A stretch of DNA of 64,000 nucleotides from Strigamia acuminata (Eukaryota). The notes under the pieces were generated by a model that was not told the origin of the DNA, did no database searches, and worked only from the letters and a program-made list of their open reading frames with translations. Below are positions 50,261 to 62,664 of this stretch, one piece after another. The stretch lies in contig OX442314.1 in the NCBI GenBank assembly GCA_949358305.1, positions 23,622,001-23,686,000 on the forward strand. The letters are read 5' to 3'. A program made the position numbers and the translations under genes. The number at the start of each line of letters is the position of its first letter. Position 1 is the stretch's first letter.

Positions 50261-52887
50261 CTGTAGGGGCAGCAGACAATGTTAAACAATGTTAGCAATG
50301 TCCAAATTTCAAAAATACCAATTGAAAAATGTATTTTTTCGACATGTTTTTAAATTTTTCAGTAGTTTTCTTTTTTGCAAGAGGATACTTAAAAAATTTT
50401 GTATTTGTATTGATTGTTTGTAAATTTTTGAAATATTTGTATAGTGAAAAACATCTTTTGAGCAAAAACAAAGTCTATAAAACTTTGTTCAATGAGAAGT
50501 CACTCTTCCCGCAAGAGAAATAAGGTGAAGTGGCTTTTCCTTTTCAATTCATTCATTTATTTATTGACATGTCAACACAATAAGCTTGTTGCAAATGGGA
50601 AACAAATGGACATTAAGTCATTAAAGTTCCACTACTACACACTATGTAATTGCAATTGCTCACAAGCACGTATGACTCCAAGCCACACAATTTTAAATTC
50701 ATAAAATAATAATAAACTGTTTACAAAACTCATTACTACAACTCATTGATGGGAAAATGTGCATCCATTGCAGTAATTACAATGTATGTCAAAACAGACA
50801 AAAGGTTGTTACATATATATTTTACAATAAATATTCTACTAGTGTTACATCAATTATTAACTTCAAACTGACAGTTTTTCCAAATAAGTAAAAAAAAAAA
50901 AACTGAATTTTATTTATCTGGAAAATAAATATAAATAAAAATAAAATTCAGTTTTCCAAATTAGCATGTCTTGCGAAAACCTGATTTGTTTACACGATCC
51001 AATTCTCCCCAAAAGCAAAATTCGAATTTTCATTTTTCTGGAAAACTGAGACCGTGTAAACTTGGTAAACGTGGTGGGGAAGAAAATTGATTCAACAATT
51101 CCAGCAGCAAAAAGGCGAGAGCGCCGTTGCAATTTCTCTCCAGATGATGTCACACATACAAGCAGCAATGTCGGAGTTTATTGTGATACCATCCCCTCTC
51201 TATTTTTAGAGTTTAGCCTGTTGGTTATGTAGTTTTGTATCCCTCGCGCTTGCAATAAAAAGTTGTTCTCTCCACACTATCACCAAAGCCAAACTGCAAC
51301 AAGCAACTTGTTCGCTGCCTCCTGCCTGCTGTTTGCAGATGGCATTATGCATACAGTTGGGGCTTGCCATTAGCAGAAGCTTTTGCTAAAATGTAGAGGT
51401 TAACTTGACCTTAAAATGCCACGGAGCAGAAAATTGCAGGCCAATGAAAACAAAACCAAAAAAAAATTCCTATTCAAGGGTCGACTCAGTGTGGACAGAT
51501 GCCCGCATTTTCTGCAAGGGTCACAACTACTCAAACAAATGAGATTTCATTTATTTTACAACGATTGATGCAGATTTTCTAGGGGAGAAGTACTAAAAGC
51601 TCCAAGGCACATGATGCGCAGTGGAAATAAGATTTCAATCACGGTTGCCATGCTAACCCCAACCAGATCGCAATTTTATTTTCGTATGTCCAGATAAACA
51701 GTTTACAAGTTTCAAACTTTACGTGCGGTATATTAGATAAATTTTTTTTTTTTTTTTTACATCCAATCTGGCTGAGACGGGTGGAAAAAATCCAAGATAT
51801 ATTTTTTTCATGGCGAAAAATATTATGCATTTTATTTGTCTAATTTTAAAATAAAAAATAAAAATAAAAACCCGGTTCCTTTTTATTGTCTATAAAAATA
51901 TGTATAAATAAATAAATAGGAAGCAATAGCAAAGTCTGTATTTACGTATTTGCTAAGGGTGCATCAATAAACTTCTGTTTCCTTTTTGTCGTTGTTTAGA
52001 AACCAACGAGTCAGAAAATCTGACCCATGGTCAGATAATACAGAACAAGAAAAGAAGCGAAGGGAAAAATATATATAATGTAAGCACTTTTGAACTCAAA
52101 AAATAAACAATACACAAAACGAATCAAGAAGAGAGAGAGAGCATCCTGTATTTTAAATGTACAAGATTTGCATATAAGAGAAATAGATAAATGAGAAATG
52201 TGGAAAGAAAAAAAAATAAATGGCAAAAGAAAAAAAATTAATGAATTTTTTTTATATTCAACTAAAAAGGAAGGAAAGAAAAGGTACTTAGAAATGAAAA
52301 ATCACTTTTGTTTTTCCGACTTGCTGAGTTTATTAAAGCCACCAACCCACTGGGATCACAGACTAACGTTTAGTAGAAGAAAAAAAAATTCACTTTTACG
52401 AAAAATAATAACAATACTAATAACGAACAAAATGAAAAATTTTAATAATTAAGGAACCAAAAAAAATCGATTAATTATTCACGAAACAAGAAAACAAGCC
52501 ACGAATAAAAAGATTTGACCCAACCTTGCATTTCGGTTTGGGTTTTTTCCCAAATAATGATTTCCCAACCCCCAAAAGTCCCTTTTACAAATATTGTCCA
52601 AACGCCTATCTCTCTCGCTTCATGCATTTATATTTTGGCACTAATGCGCATGTGCACTTAGTAAAATGCACTACACTTGACTCCATAAATAATGTTAAAC
52701 AAACACGGACAAAAACAGGCCAATATAACATGAAGGGTGACATGTTTATTTATGACTTTTTTTTTTACCCTAGAATTTAAAAACCCTTAAAATATTGAAA
52801 AAATAAAAAAATATAAAAATATAAAAGCCTTCCAATATCAAAATTGACCGAAAAGGTTCACACTTCATATTGTTTAAACCCATTTTG

Positions 52888-53068
52888 TTCAAAAATATAT
52901 TTACAATACATTGCTTTTATCTTAATGCATTCCAAAATGCATAGCATTTCGCGGAATTAAGTATAGGAATATTATTTGTACATTAAATAATGAATTTTTA
53001 TAACAATTAAAAAAATGCATTTGAAAATGCATTCAAATAGATAATAATATTGGGAATGCATTTTATAA
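52888..53068 (+). repeat. dispersed AATGCATT-rich repeat family, copy 3
   Basis: Colinear with 9150-9330. Confidence 0.75.
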
Positions 53069-54253
53069 ACAGTTTTTCAAACAAAATCATCTACCTTCAA
53101 AAATGGCAGCTGATTTAGTCTGTTTTCAGTCAAAACAAAATATTTTTAACTGCAAATTGAACATGACTTTATGAATGCTAGTCTTTTTATTTATCTTCCA
53201 GGGTGCACTCGGCTTTCCTGCATCGCTAGTTTCGCTGTTTGTGACTTGCGAACAAGATTACGACCGGTCAATCTGGAAATCTCCAACCACACAAATTTAA
53301 TCCCGCGACTCAACCCTTATGGGTCGCTTTAAGATATTGGCAAAACACTAAAAAGCGCATCAATTGACTGCTTCCGCTTTAAGTTGCCTAAATGAAAAAT
53401 TCCTTGTCTCGTGTCTTTTGTCCAATCTCCATTTCCACGTGCGCACACAACAAGCGAAAAGTTTTTCTTTTATCTACAGTCCCAACTACACAAGAGCTTA
53501 ACTCCTTAAGTCCTCTTTTCTCCTCCATTTCTCTCGTCTCGTGCCAACCCCACATTTTCGTTATCAAGACGTTCGATGGTAAAGATGAGGAGGAAGAAAG
53601 AGAAGAGAGAGAGAGAGAGCGAGGGTAGATGCTGCTGGATGGGTGAGGAGGTGAAGTGTGTGGGGGAGAAAGAAAACTTCATCTTGGGACAGAGCATGAG
53701 CGCTCAAAGGAACTCGCAATGAAGCCCCGCAAGCGCCGCCTGCGTGAGACATTGGAATTTGCATTCATGGAGCAAGGGTTGTGAGGGCGATTGAGTCGAG
53801 TTTCCCTGCACAGTTTTGTTGGTTGTCATGGTGACTTTGCCTTCATTTTCTATTTCATTTCGTGTATAAAATGAAGTACGTACAGCATACGCTATGCCGC
53901 CTAATTTGTTTTTCTTAAAATTAAAAACCCGCGGTATTTTTTTGCGCCTGTTTTATTTTATTATTATGATTAAACTGCAGACGTGCCGTTGCTGTCCCCT
54001 CGTTCGTTCCATCTTGTAATTATTAAAATTAAAATTCTTGCCTAGATTCTTTCCTTGAAACCACGTTTTAATTATATCCACGCAAAATGGGAAGGAAGAT
54101 TCAATTTTGTTCCGTCCTTTTTTCTCTCCTTTCTTTTTCATTTTCACAACAATATACACTTCATGAATAAAAATCAATTAACTTTTTAGAAAATCATTTT
54201 CAAATTGCGTTAGCACTGTAAGGAATACCCAGCCATTGTATCCAGATTCCAGA

Positions 54254-54554
54254 CTCATACCCTGCATCACATCCTGCGCAGATGGTTTCCTAATTCCCGT
54301 CGTTATTTAACAGTATTAAGCACAATTTTGGGCCTAATAATGCTCAAATAAAGTAAACAAAGCAACAATATTTCGACACCATACTGTAAATTACTTTGTT
54401 AATGAGTTTATTCTTGTTTACTTACTTTATTTGAGCATTGTTAGACCTAATACTAGGCTAAATACTGCTAAATAACGACGGAATGAGGAAATCAGCTGCG
54501 CAGAATGGGATGTGCAGTATGAATTTGTCATCAAGATACCGGGCGCGAACTGTA
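54254..54554. mobile_element. Tc1/mariner-like foldback MITE family D, copy 1
   Basis: About 110-bp imperfect inverted arms; right end caagataccgggcgcgaactg|ta. Confidence 0.8.
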
Positions 54555-55449
54555 GGATCGGCTACAGGCAGTTAAATCCTAAAATCGCACTCTGTCAGAG
54601 TTTACTCGTTGTCAGCCTCATTGTTGATACTTTACGAGCTCAATAAAGTAGAAAAGGGGCAACTTTTGATGAGGAAGCGGCGAAATATGAACGCTGGATG
54701 AAGTTAACTCCCTCGGGCGCCATCGAACGCGCTGATTTCCCGCTCCAAACGCACCCCGAGGACTGCAACTGCAACACCTAATCCTCAGCACCAGATTTTC
54801 TACTTTTTCATCTCTGTCGCGACTGACTGTTATCTCTTCTAAAGAAACAATCAGTGAGTAAAAAAATGCGATATTTTTCTTTTCTTTATCCCCAGATTGT
54901 TCAAATGACAAAAAGGGGAAATTGTATCACTGCAATTGTTTGCACGAAACAAAACCATTCTTATATATGATTATTTATTGATATATATGGCCGTTGTAAA
55001 CAATGCAACAGCAAATTAAAACTATATTTCTATACAGTCGTGCTATATCTGTATCAGAAGCAATACGGTATTGATAGTGATAACGTACTGCGAATTGGTA
55101 GTCGGCAAAATGTACAGTAAATATCTAAGCATTTCAAGTTCCTTGCTCATCATTAAATCATGGGTGTAGAAAAGAATGGGAAATCAACTACGGTATGCAC
55201 CCGGTATCTCGATGCCAAATTCAAACACTAAATTCCATTTATTGCACACGAAAACACACAAGTCTAAAATTGTTTATTGCACACAAGTGAACAGGAGCTG
55301 CATTCGAATAGTCAGTTTAAAATTGCAGTCAAGCATGGTTTTTCTGCTTAAATGCTGTGCGGTGCCCACTGCGACTGAAAGGCAAAAGCAGACTTAATCA
55401 GCCGCCAATGAGAAAACCCTCAGTCAAGCAGTTCAAACATTCCGTCTTT

Positions 55450-55712
55450 TAGTTTGCGCCCGGTATTTTGAAGCTAAATTCATACTGCGCATCCCATTCT
55501 GCGCACACAATTTTCTAATCCCAGTTGATGTTTAGCAGTATTAAGCCTAATATTAGGCCTAATAATGATAAAATAAAAGTAAATAAACAATAATAAACTC
55601 ATTAGTTCATCTTCTGTGTGTGCAACAAGCTTGACAATCACCATGTTAAATTCACGCGCAGAATGTAATGCGCAGTTTGAATTTAGTATCAAGATACCGG
55701 GCGCAAACTGTA
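55450..55712. mobile_element. MITE family D, copy 2
   Basis: TIRs agtttgcgcccggtattttg / caagataccgggcgcaaactg|ta. Confidence 0.82.
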
Positions 55713-56162
55713 GTTTAAATAACTTTTCGAATGCATCTACCTTCTCTACCTGAAATAATTTCTAAAAATCATATTTGTTATGCTGGGGCATCACACCGAA
55801 ATAAAGGAGAGGTTTTTAAAGTGGAAAACAAAACACGTCTTTACTCGTTGGTAAAATACAAGCAACTGAGAAGTAAATACAAAATGTCATGGTAACGGTT
55901 TTACAACAATGTAACTGTATGATACTAGCAATAACACGTTCTTGATAACTATAACAACAATGAACTCAACATTACATTAACATAACTTAACAATATTTTT
56001 GTTGCATTTATGTGTCAGTTTAATTTTAAACTCAAGATATAGATTACAGTGATTATTTTACGGTCAAATTATAATTATTATATTTATTGAATAATTACAA
56101 AACCAAAAATCAATTTTGTGTGGAAAACATGATATCCATAGTGATTTGCAATGGAACACTCT

Positions 56163-56180
56163 TGGAGCCACCTGGTGGCC
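56163..56180 (-). promoter_or_regulatory. CTCF-like motif
   Basis: Minus strand GGCCACCAGGTGGCTCCA closely matches the CTCF core CCACCAGRKGGCG. Confidence 0.4.
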
Positions 56181-56810
56181 GAGTATTACGAGGAAATCAA
56201 GACAGCTATCTCATTTCCCATCCTCACTTTCTATATCCTTGGTCGAATGTTCTAGTGTGCGGCATTGTAAACACTAGTGTTATTATTGCTTCCAATCTGA
56301 ACCTTCAGAAATGAATCATTTCTCGTTAGTGACCTGTCTTTTGGCCGGTGGGAATGGCATTTTTATGTCATCACTTTTCATGGTACTCAGCTATAAGACT
56401 TATTGATTAGTCTACAGACCCTACATATTTCAAAAGTAATTTCAAATATGCATTGAAAAAGAGATTCCTCTCCCCTCTTTGTGGTGGAATGAATACCCAA
56501 AGCCCAGCCAAAAGGAGGGCTAGTAGCGGCACTTTGCTGAGCAATTCTCCACTTAGAAACAAAAAACAACTGCAAGAACATATAATTAAAGTGACGTTAA
56601 CTTTCTTATAAAATACATAAATTTAGGCCTGGCTGCGGGCATCCTAGTGCGGGCCTAACCATTTTTTGTGCAAAAGTTCAATCTGCAATATGTAAATAAT
56701 AAATGTTGAAGAATCTATAGCCTACTTTGTGCATTTATGGATTTTACTCACACTATCCCCATATTTGTGACTGGACTGGATCCCATCTCACCTCACAAAG
56801 ACCCTGCTCC

Positions 56811-57068
56811 TACAGTTCACGCCCTGTATCTTAATGCCAAATTCAAACTGCGCATCACATTCTGCGCATGCATTTACCATAGCTATTGCCCCACAAAAGA
56901 AATACAGCAATAATATTTTGATATTATACTGAAATTACTTTTGTTAATGACTTTATTGTTGTTTATTTACTTTATTTGAGCATTATTAGGCCTTATGTAA
57001 GGAGAACCACTGGAATTAGGACATCATCTGCACAGAATGGGTTGCTCGGATACCAGCCGCAAACTGTA
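56811..57068. mobile_element. MITE family D, copy 3
   Basis: ta|cagttcacgccctgtatctt ... gataccagccgcaaactg|ta; TA at both ends. Confidence 0.8.
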
Positions 57069-57770
57069 GTCTGCTTAGTAACCACTAAATTCCACCCACA
57101 AAAATTGAGCAAAAGAAATGGTTTCTACGTTAACAAATAGCCATAAGAAACCAATATCGCACCTACAACGCCTCATCCAAACGTCATTGCAATAATAACG
57201 TGCAAAGAAAATAAAATTGCTCTTCTCTAACAAGTTTCTACCTGGAAGGCACCCACTATGTTTACACTACCCAAGGTAATTAAATATCAGCACCAACTCG
57301 TTCCTATAAGTAATTTGTTTCCTTATTTTTTCCCCCACTCACTTTCTCCCATTCTTTTTCTTTTCTCCAACTCGTTTCTCTTGATTAATCCATTTCATTG
57401 CCTCGGAGGATGAAGTGTTCGTTGTAAAGGGGTGGCAAAGTATTAAGTGTAAAGCAATGCCTTAGAGCAATTGTGGGTTATAAAATTATTCGGAAATTGA
57501 ATGACCAATATCGGAGACCAGTAAAAATCCCAACAGCTGTGGCGTTTTGCGGTTGAATCGAAACGAGCGAGGAAAAAAAAATCGCTTCGTTGACCACTTT
57601 AGACAAGACAAATGGTCAGTTCCAAACTTGCCTTTCAACCCCATTTCTTACCAATTTTTATTTTAACCTTAAACGAAGTGAAGACAAAAAAAATATATAT
57701 ATAAAGGGGCGCAGTTTTTACCGTGCTGCAACATAGAACTACGTCCAGAGGAATATCTGCTTATTTAGAT

Positions 57771-58639
57771 CAAGGACGACTACTCCAATGGACGGGAAAC
57801 ACAATGCTGTGGGGTTGGCCTATGTCTGACCAACTCCCACAATCCTTAGCGCGATAAATTAGTACGCCACCTTGTGGTGGTAATGGTTAACAGTGTCAGC
57901 TGACATTAACAACCTAGTCAGGACAAAACAATTCATAAACTCGTGCACATTTCCAACAACAACAACAATTAGTTATTTGGTTACTTACACATCCCACAAG
58001 GTAATTAAATAGGCTTATTTATTTAAAATGTGCGCCTGTATTTATTTATTTAATAAAAAACGAAAACTGACACAACTAAAAATGTAAACAAATATTGGAT
58101 TTTGATAGACTATCTTAGTCTGGTGTCTCCATTCAAACGAGGTTGAAAATCATACATTTTGAACCAACGTTAAAGAATTTGTGTTAAATTGTACATTAAT
58201 TTGCAATACACCAGTACAATATTTAATCTTTCAACTACTAAACAAATTAAAATCAAGTAATCATATGTCATTTTTTATTTAAGTCTTCAATGCAAAACAT
58301 TTACGATCGAACGCACATGTCCGTACCGACAATTACGTGCTGCACGCTTAAAAATATAACAATATCATTAAGATTTCATTTTTAATAATACCAGTACATT
58401 AATAATGCCTTACTTAACAATATTATCACTTACTTTTATTTATTAGAAGGCCTGTTTTCTTAGATTGGATTGCAAAACTTTACAATCACTTGGGAGAACT
58501 TAGAGTGGAAATTGCAAATGGCTGCCAATCTAGTTCGAAAATACACCCCTGAAAATCGCGCTAAGGATTGTGGGAGTTGGTCAGACATAGGCCAACCCCA
58601 CAGCATTGTGTTTCCCGTCCATTGGAGTAGTCGTCCTTG
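57771..58639. mobile_element. young non-autonomous P-superfamily-like element (869 bp)
   Basis: Perfect 85-bp TIRs (57771-57855 / 58555-58639) beginning CAAGG; exact 7-bp TSD TTTAGAT at 57764-57770 and 58640-58646; non-coding AT-rich interior. Confidence 0.9.
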
Positions 58640-59996
58640 TTTAGATGAGGTTGGGCAAGTTGTGGGTGTGGTTTTCTTGTTGTCTTGTCCTTCACAAAGT
58701 GCACGTTAAGGCTATACTCTAGTTGCAGTCAAAAAGGCACATTACAATCTGTAGTCCCATTGGTCGAGCCAGTTTTCCCCACGTCACAAACCCAAATTGT
58801 TCTATCAATCCCTATCCCCGCTTCGCCAATTTACAATACTCGCGGTCCAATTTTTCTTTAAAGTAAATTAACCAAGTGGGCAATTAGCATTCAAGATAAA
58901 CGTGGGTTGGCTCATTAAGTTATTAACCACTTGACAAGACGACGTCAAAATGACGTTTTACAGAAATTAAAATGGTTGTGGGTGTAAAATGGTGCGAGAT
59001 TGACTTGACATTTTCGAGATTAACATTATTAATTGACTATGACATTGAATTCCTGGCATCGAATGGCCTATTTATAATATGTCCATCAATTAGCCAACGT
59101 TCTTTCGCTTCTGCGCAGTCGTAGTCACTCCGACCTTCACGCTTCCACACATAAATCTCAGTTACATTCATCTGTCTCGTTCGTAAATACAATTCGCTCT
59201 CAGTTTAAGAAAGCAATTCATTCATATATCTTTTTAAGGAATACACATATAAACATTAAACAAAGTCGACAAAAAAATTCGATCCTTTAACGCGAATTTT
59301 TATTCAACATTCGCTGTACTAAGGCTTTGCAACGCACTTAATCCAAATGGGTTTATTTTGACAAACGTTCAACCAACATACGTTTATTTTGACCCAGGAC
59401 CATAATTCATCCTGCTTACCAATTTTTCATTACGAATAAAGCGCACGATGGCTTGACAACACTACATTAGCGCCAGGAATTCCAAACATAATTTAGTGTT
59501 CTATTTTGCTTACATTTCTTGCACCAAACAATCAAGACGTTAACGGCGCTCACACTTAACAATAGGTAATGTCAATTATCCTTTTCTTATTACGTAGAAA
59601 AGTACAGCGTACGCAAATCACAACCAGCAATGCTGTTTTGAAATAGGAAATTGCGATTCTACAATGCACCTGGCAGCATTCCCGATGTGACCCACCAGCC
59701 AAATGGTACTTAGGACTTACGATAATCACTTTTCTTTTCTTCTTTTAAAGATTTAGCAGCACTTCTTATTCAGCTTCTTACAGCCACGCTAAAAGTGCAC
59801 TTTCTATTGGTAATATTGCTGTTTCGGTAAACATACATCAATCAATGGCAGGGAAGTCTCAAATGACGTCTTTTCTCTTCTTGAAAAGATGGATTGCGGA
59901 GAAGCCGAAGTTTCAATTCGAGATCTAAAATCTCATTTTGCACTTTATCATTCGGCGAAACAAAAGTTTAGCCTTCGATTTGTGCGGGAGTTATTA

Positions 59997-60248
59997 TAAC
60001 GTATTTTACCGATTAAGAGTTGCCCTCGAATTGTAGCCGCCCTCGAATAGTAGCCACCAAGAATACCGTATTTTTGCAAAAGTACGGTATTGTTTTCGTA
60101 TTTAACCTCACGAACGATGAACTTACGCTTCAGACTCCATTTGTTACATTAAACAAATATGTAACAAACGAAAAACCGAAATTGTAATTGCTGACAAAAA
60201 TGGCAGTTTTTAATAACAGCCGCGGCTCTTAATCGACAAAATACGGTA
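59997..60248. mobile_element. Tc2/pogo-like MITE family A, copy 3
   Basis: TA|ACGTATTTTACCGATTAAGAG ... CTCTTAATCGACAAAATACGG|TA. Confidence 0.85.
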
Positions 60249-62490
60249 ATAATAATCGTGTTTATTACCGTCGCACAGGCTCTGTCATCCCCAACAGTGG
60301 TGACAAAAAAAACACAGCACCGAACAAATCCACACAATGCAAAACTGTTGGCGAAGAAATAATTCCATCAGCTTAATTCCAATACAATTTAGTAGCCCGA
60401 TCGATACACGTCAAAGTTCTAATCATGTCGAAAGAAATAATAAATTTTTTACGTCATTTTACATTATTTTTACATAAAAAAAAAAAATAACAAAAACATA
60501 AGACCTACCCAGTAAGTGCCAATTAGTTTTCTAAAAGCAAGTTCCAAACTCTTGTAACAATAAAACCTTGACATAAGTGTTTCCCTTTAAACTAACATGG
60601 TCGTCTAATGGGGAAACAGCAAAATTCAGCCCTCTGGTTGTGATTTTTCGCTGCACATTGCTCTTAATTCTTGTTATTAATGATTTCAGTTTCAAACAAC
60701 CTTCAACTCCAATTTCACCTGTTATCCAACTACTCCTTAAAAAATGATTTACGAGCTGTCAATCAATCAAGTACTCGACAATAATCAGAAACAAACAATG
60801 TTAAGGCTCGATAAAGTATCTTATTATTGAATAGGTCAAGATATTTTTTTTTCTCCTTCCTTCTATGACATCACTGTACCTATTTACTCACGTTTTTAAG
60901 GATTTATATTGTTACTGAAGATATTCAATGTCGCATTCCTGACTCTTTCGACATGTGGGCGGCCAACAATGGCCGTAATTGAAGCAAAGGGCAAATGCGT
61001 GACTTGTGACTACAGAATGTGTATTGTTATTAAAGCGAAGTTGCTATGTTTGGGACCTTTCATAATACCAGCCGTTGACACTTTCCATCAATTGCTCCCC
61101 CGCGTGGGCGGATAGGGCGTCCTTAATGTCACGTGCAATACTGAAAGACGCCTCGGCAACGTTCCTCATTTCATCCGTAAAGAACTCGACCCCTACTGTT
61201 TTGTTTGTTCTTGAACTCTTGCAGTTATGAGATTCTTAAAGGGATCAGGCAGAGCTTATACGATTGCAGTTTCCATTTCCTTGCGGATAAGTAACAGCAC
61301 TGTTATTCAACTCGCGTTTTATATGCACAACTATTTTCTTTCTTTTTTATTCTATATATCGCAGATATTGGATATTTCAAAAACTTTTCTACTTCTCTCA
61401 AACTTCTCAAACCAAAATAAATAACCTTCATCCGAAATATTAAAGGGTCACTGCAAAACTTTATATTTTTTTTATATAATACAAACATCGGTTAAGCTAA
61501 CGACCGTATGAACAAAAGTGATTGATTTTTAACGATTTTTTATTTTCATATTGTATATTCATTTGGCAAGATACTTTCAACATGCTTGAGCCTGCACAAT
61601 TCCTTGTGGTGCAAATAGACCACTTATATAGAGTACGTTATGTACGGTACATAAACCTAATGTATGATTATGCGAACAAATCGGTTTTATCAACACCTAC
61701 GTCCCCCAATTAGGTTGGATAATTGGCGCTCTACTGTGTTATTATTTTGATGTAGAAAATGTCATAAATCCGTGCTAATATTTATTCTTTTTAAAAAAAA
61801 TTTAAATTTTATTTTTAAAAAAATTTAACTGGATCTTGAGAGGATTAAAACTGAGGCCCCCTGTGTTTACCCGAGTTCACACAGAGGTCGCACAGCGCAT
61901 AATTTGTTGGATTCAACAAATCGGAAAACAATTGAAGTCAAAATAACTATATTCACAGGATTGCAATTTAAGATTATCCGCCTAAAGATGAGCGCACGAG
62001 GCAACCAAGCAGTAGTCAAAAGCAAGCGAGTGCACGAAAAAATCATTCAAAGTTCAGTCATAAAAAGCTTGTTTCGATTTCTTTGTTTTTATGCAAATGG
62101 AATTTGCACGTAAGGTCACAATAAGAGTGAAAGAATCACACTATTTCATAGTTCTTTTACTGTTGCTCTGCATGTTATGCTTTTTGCATCCTTTTGGGTA
62201 CAATAATATACTTTTTGGCTTTGGTTGCAACACTGTGCAAGGAATTGGATTGTACTTGCAGTGGCGGATCACCGCACAGGCGCAGGAAGATGCACGCTGG
62301 GGGCTTGGAGTCTTGTATCGCAGGGGTCTCAAAAAACCCAATAAGAAAACTACCGTATTTCTTCGATTCGAAGATAACATCGGTTGTAAGACATACACTA
62401 ATTTAAAAAAAAACATCTGTTTCAGAGATGTTTTTGTGGGGAAAAAAGTGCATCTTAGGATCAAAGAAATTTTTATTTTTGACATTTTAT

Positions 62491-62664
62491 TACAGTCGAA
62501 TCGCAAGGGACCCAAAAAGATCGATTCGTTATAACGAAAGTTCGATATATCGAAAATTTTACCATGGCGTTCTATAGCCAGCCAACCAAACCAGCCATAT
62601 TTAGGTATTCGTTATAACGAGAAATTCGTTATATCGCGATTCGTTATAACGAGGTTAGACTGTA
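62491..62664. mobile_element. Tigger/pogo-like MITE
   Basis: TA|CAGTCGAA ... TTAGACTG|TA with repeated internal TCGTTATAACGA palindromes. Confidence 0.75.

Noticed and set aside
54647..54781. Plus-strand peptide DEEAAKYERWMKLTPSGAIERADFP...
   Set aside because: Bounded by stops, with no good splice sites and no recognisable family.
62091..62534. 147-aa ORF with a hydrophobic stretch
   Set aside because: It runs through transposon-like ends (CAGTGGCGGATC, TACCGTATTT and the MITE at 62491), so it is likely a chance ORF.
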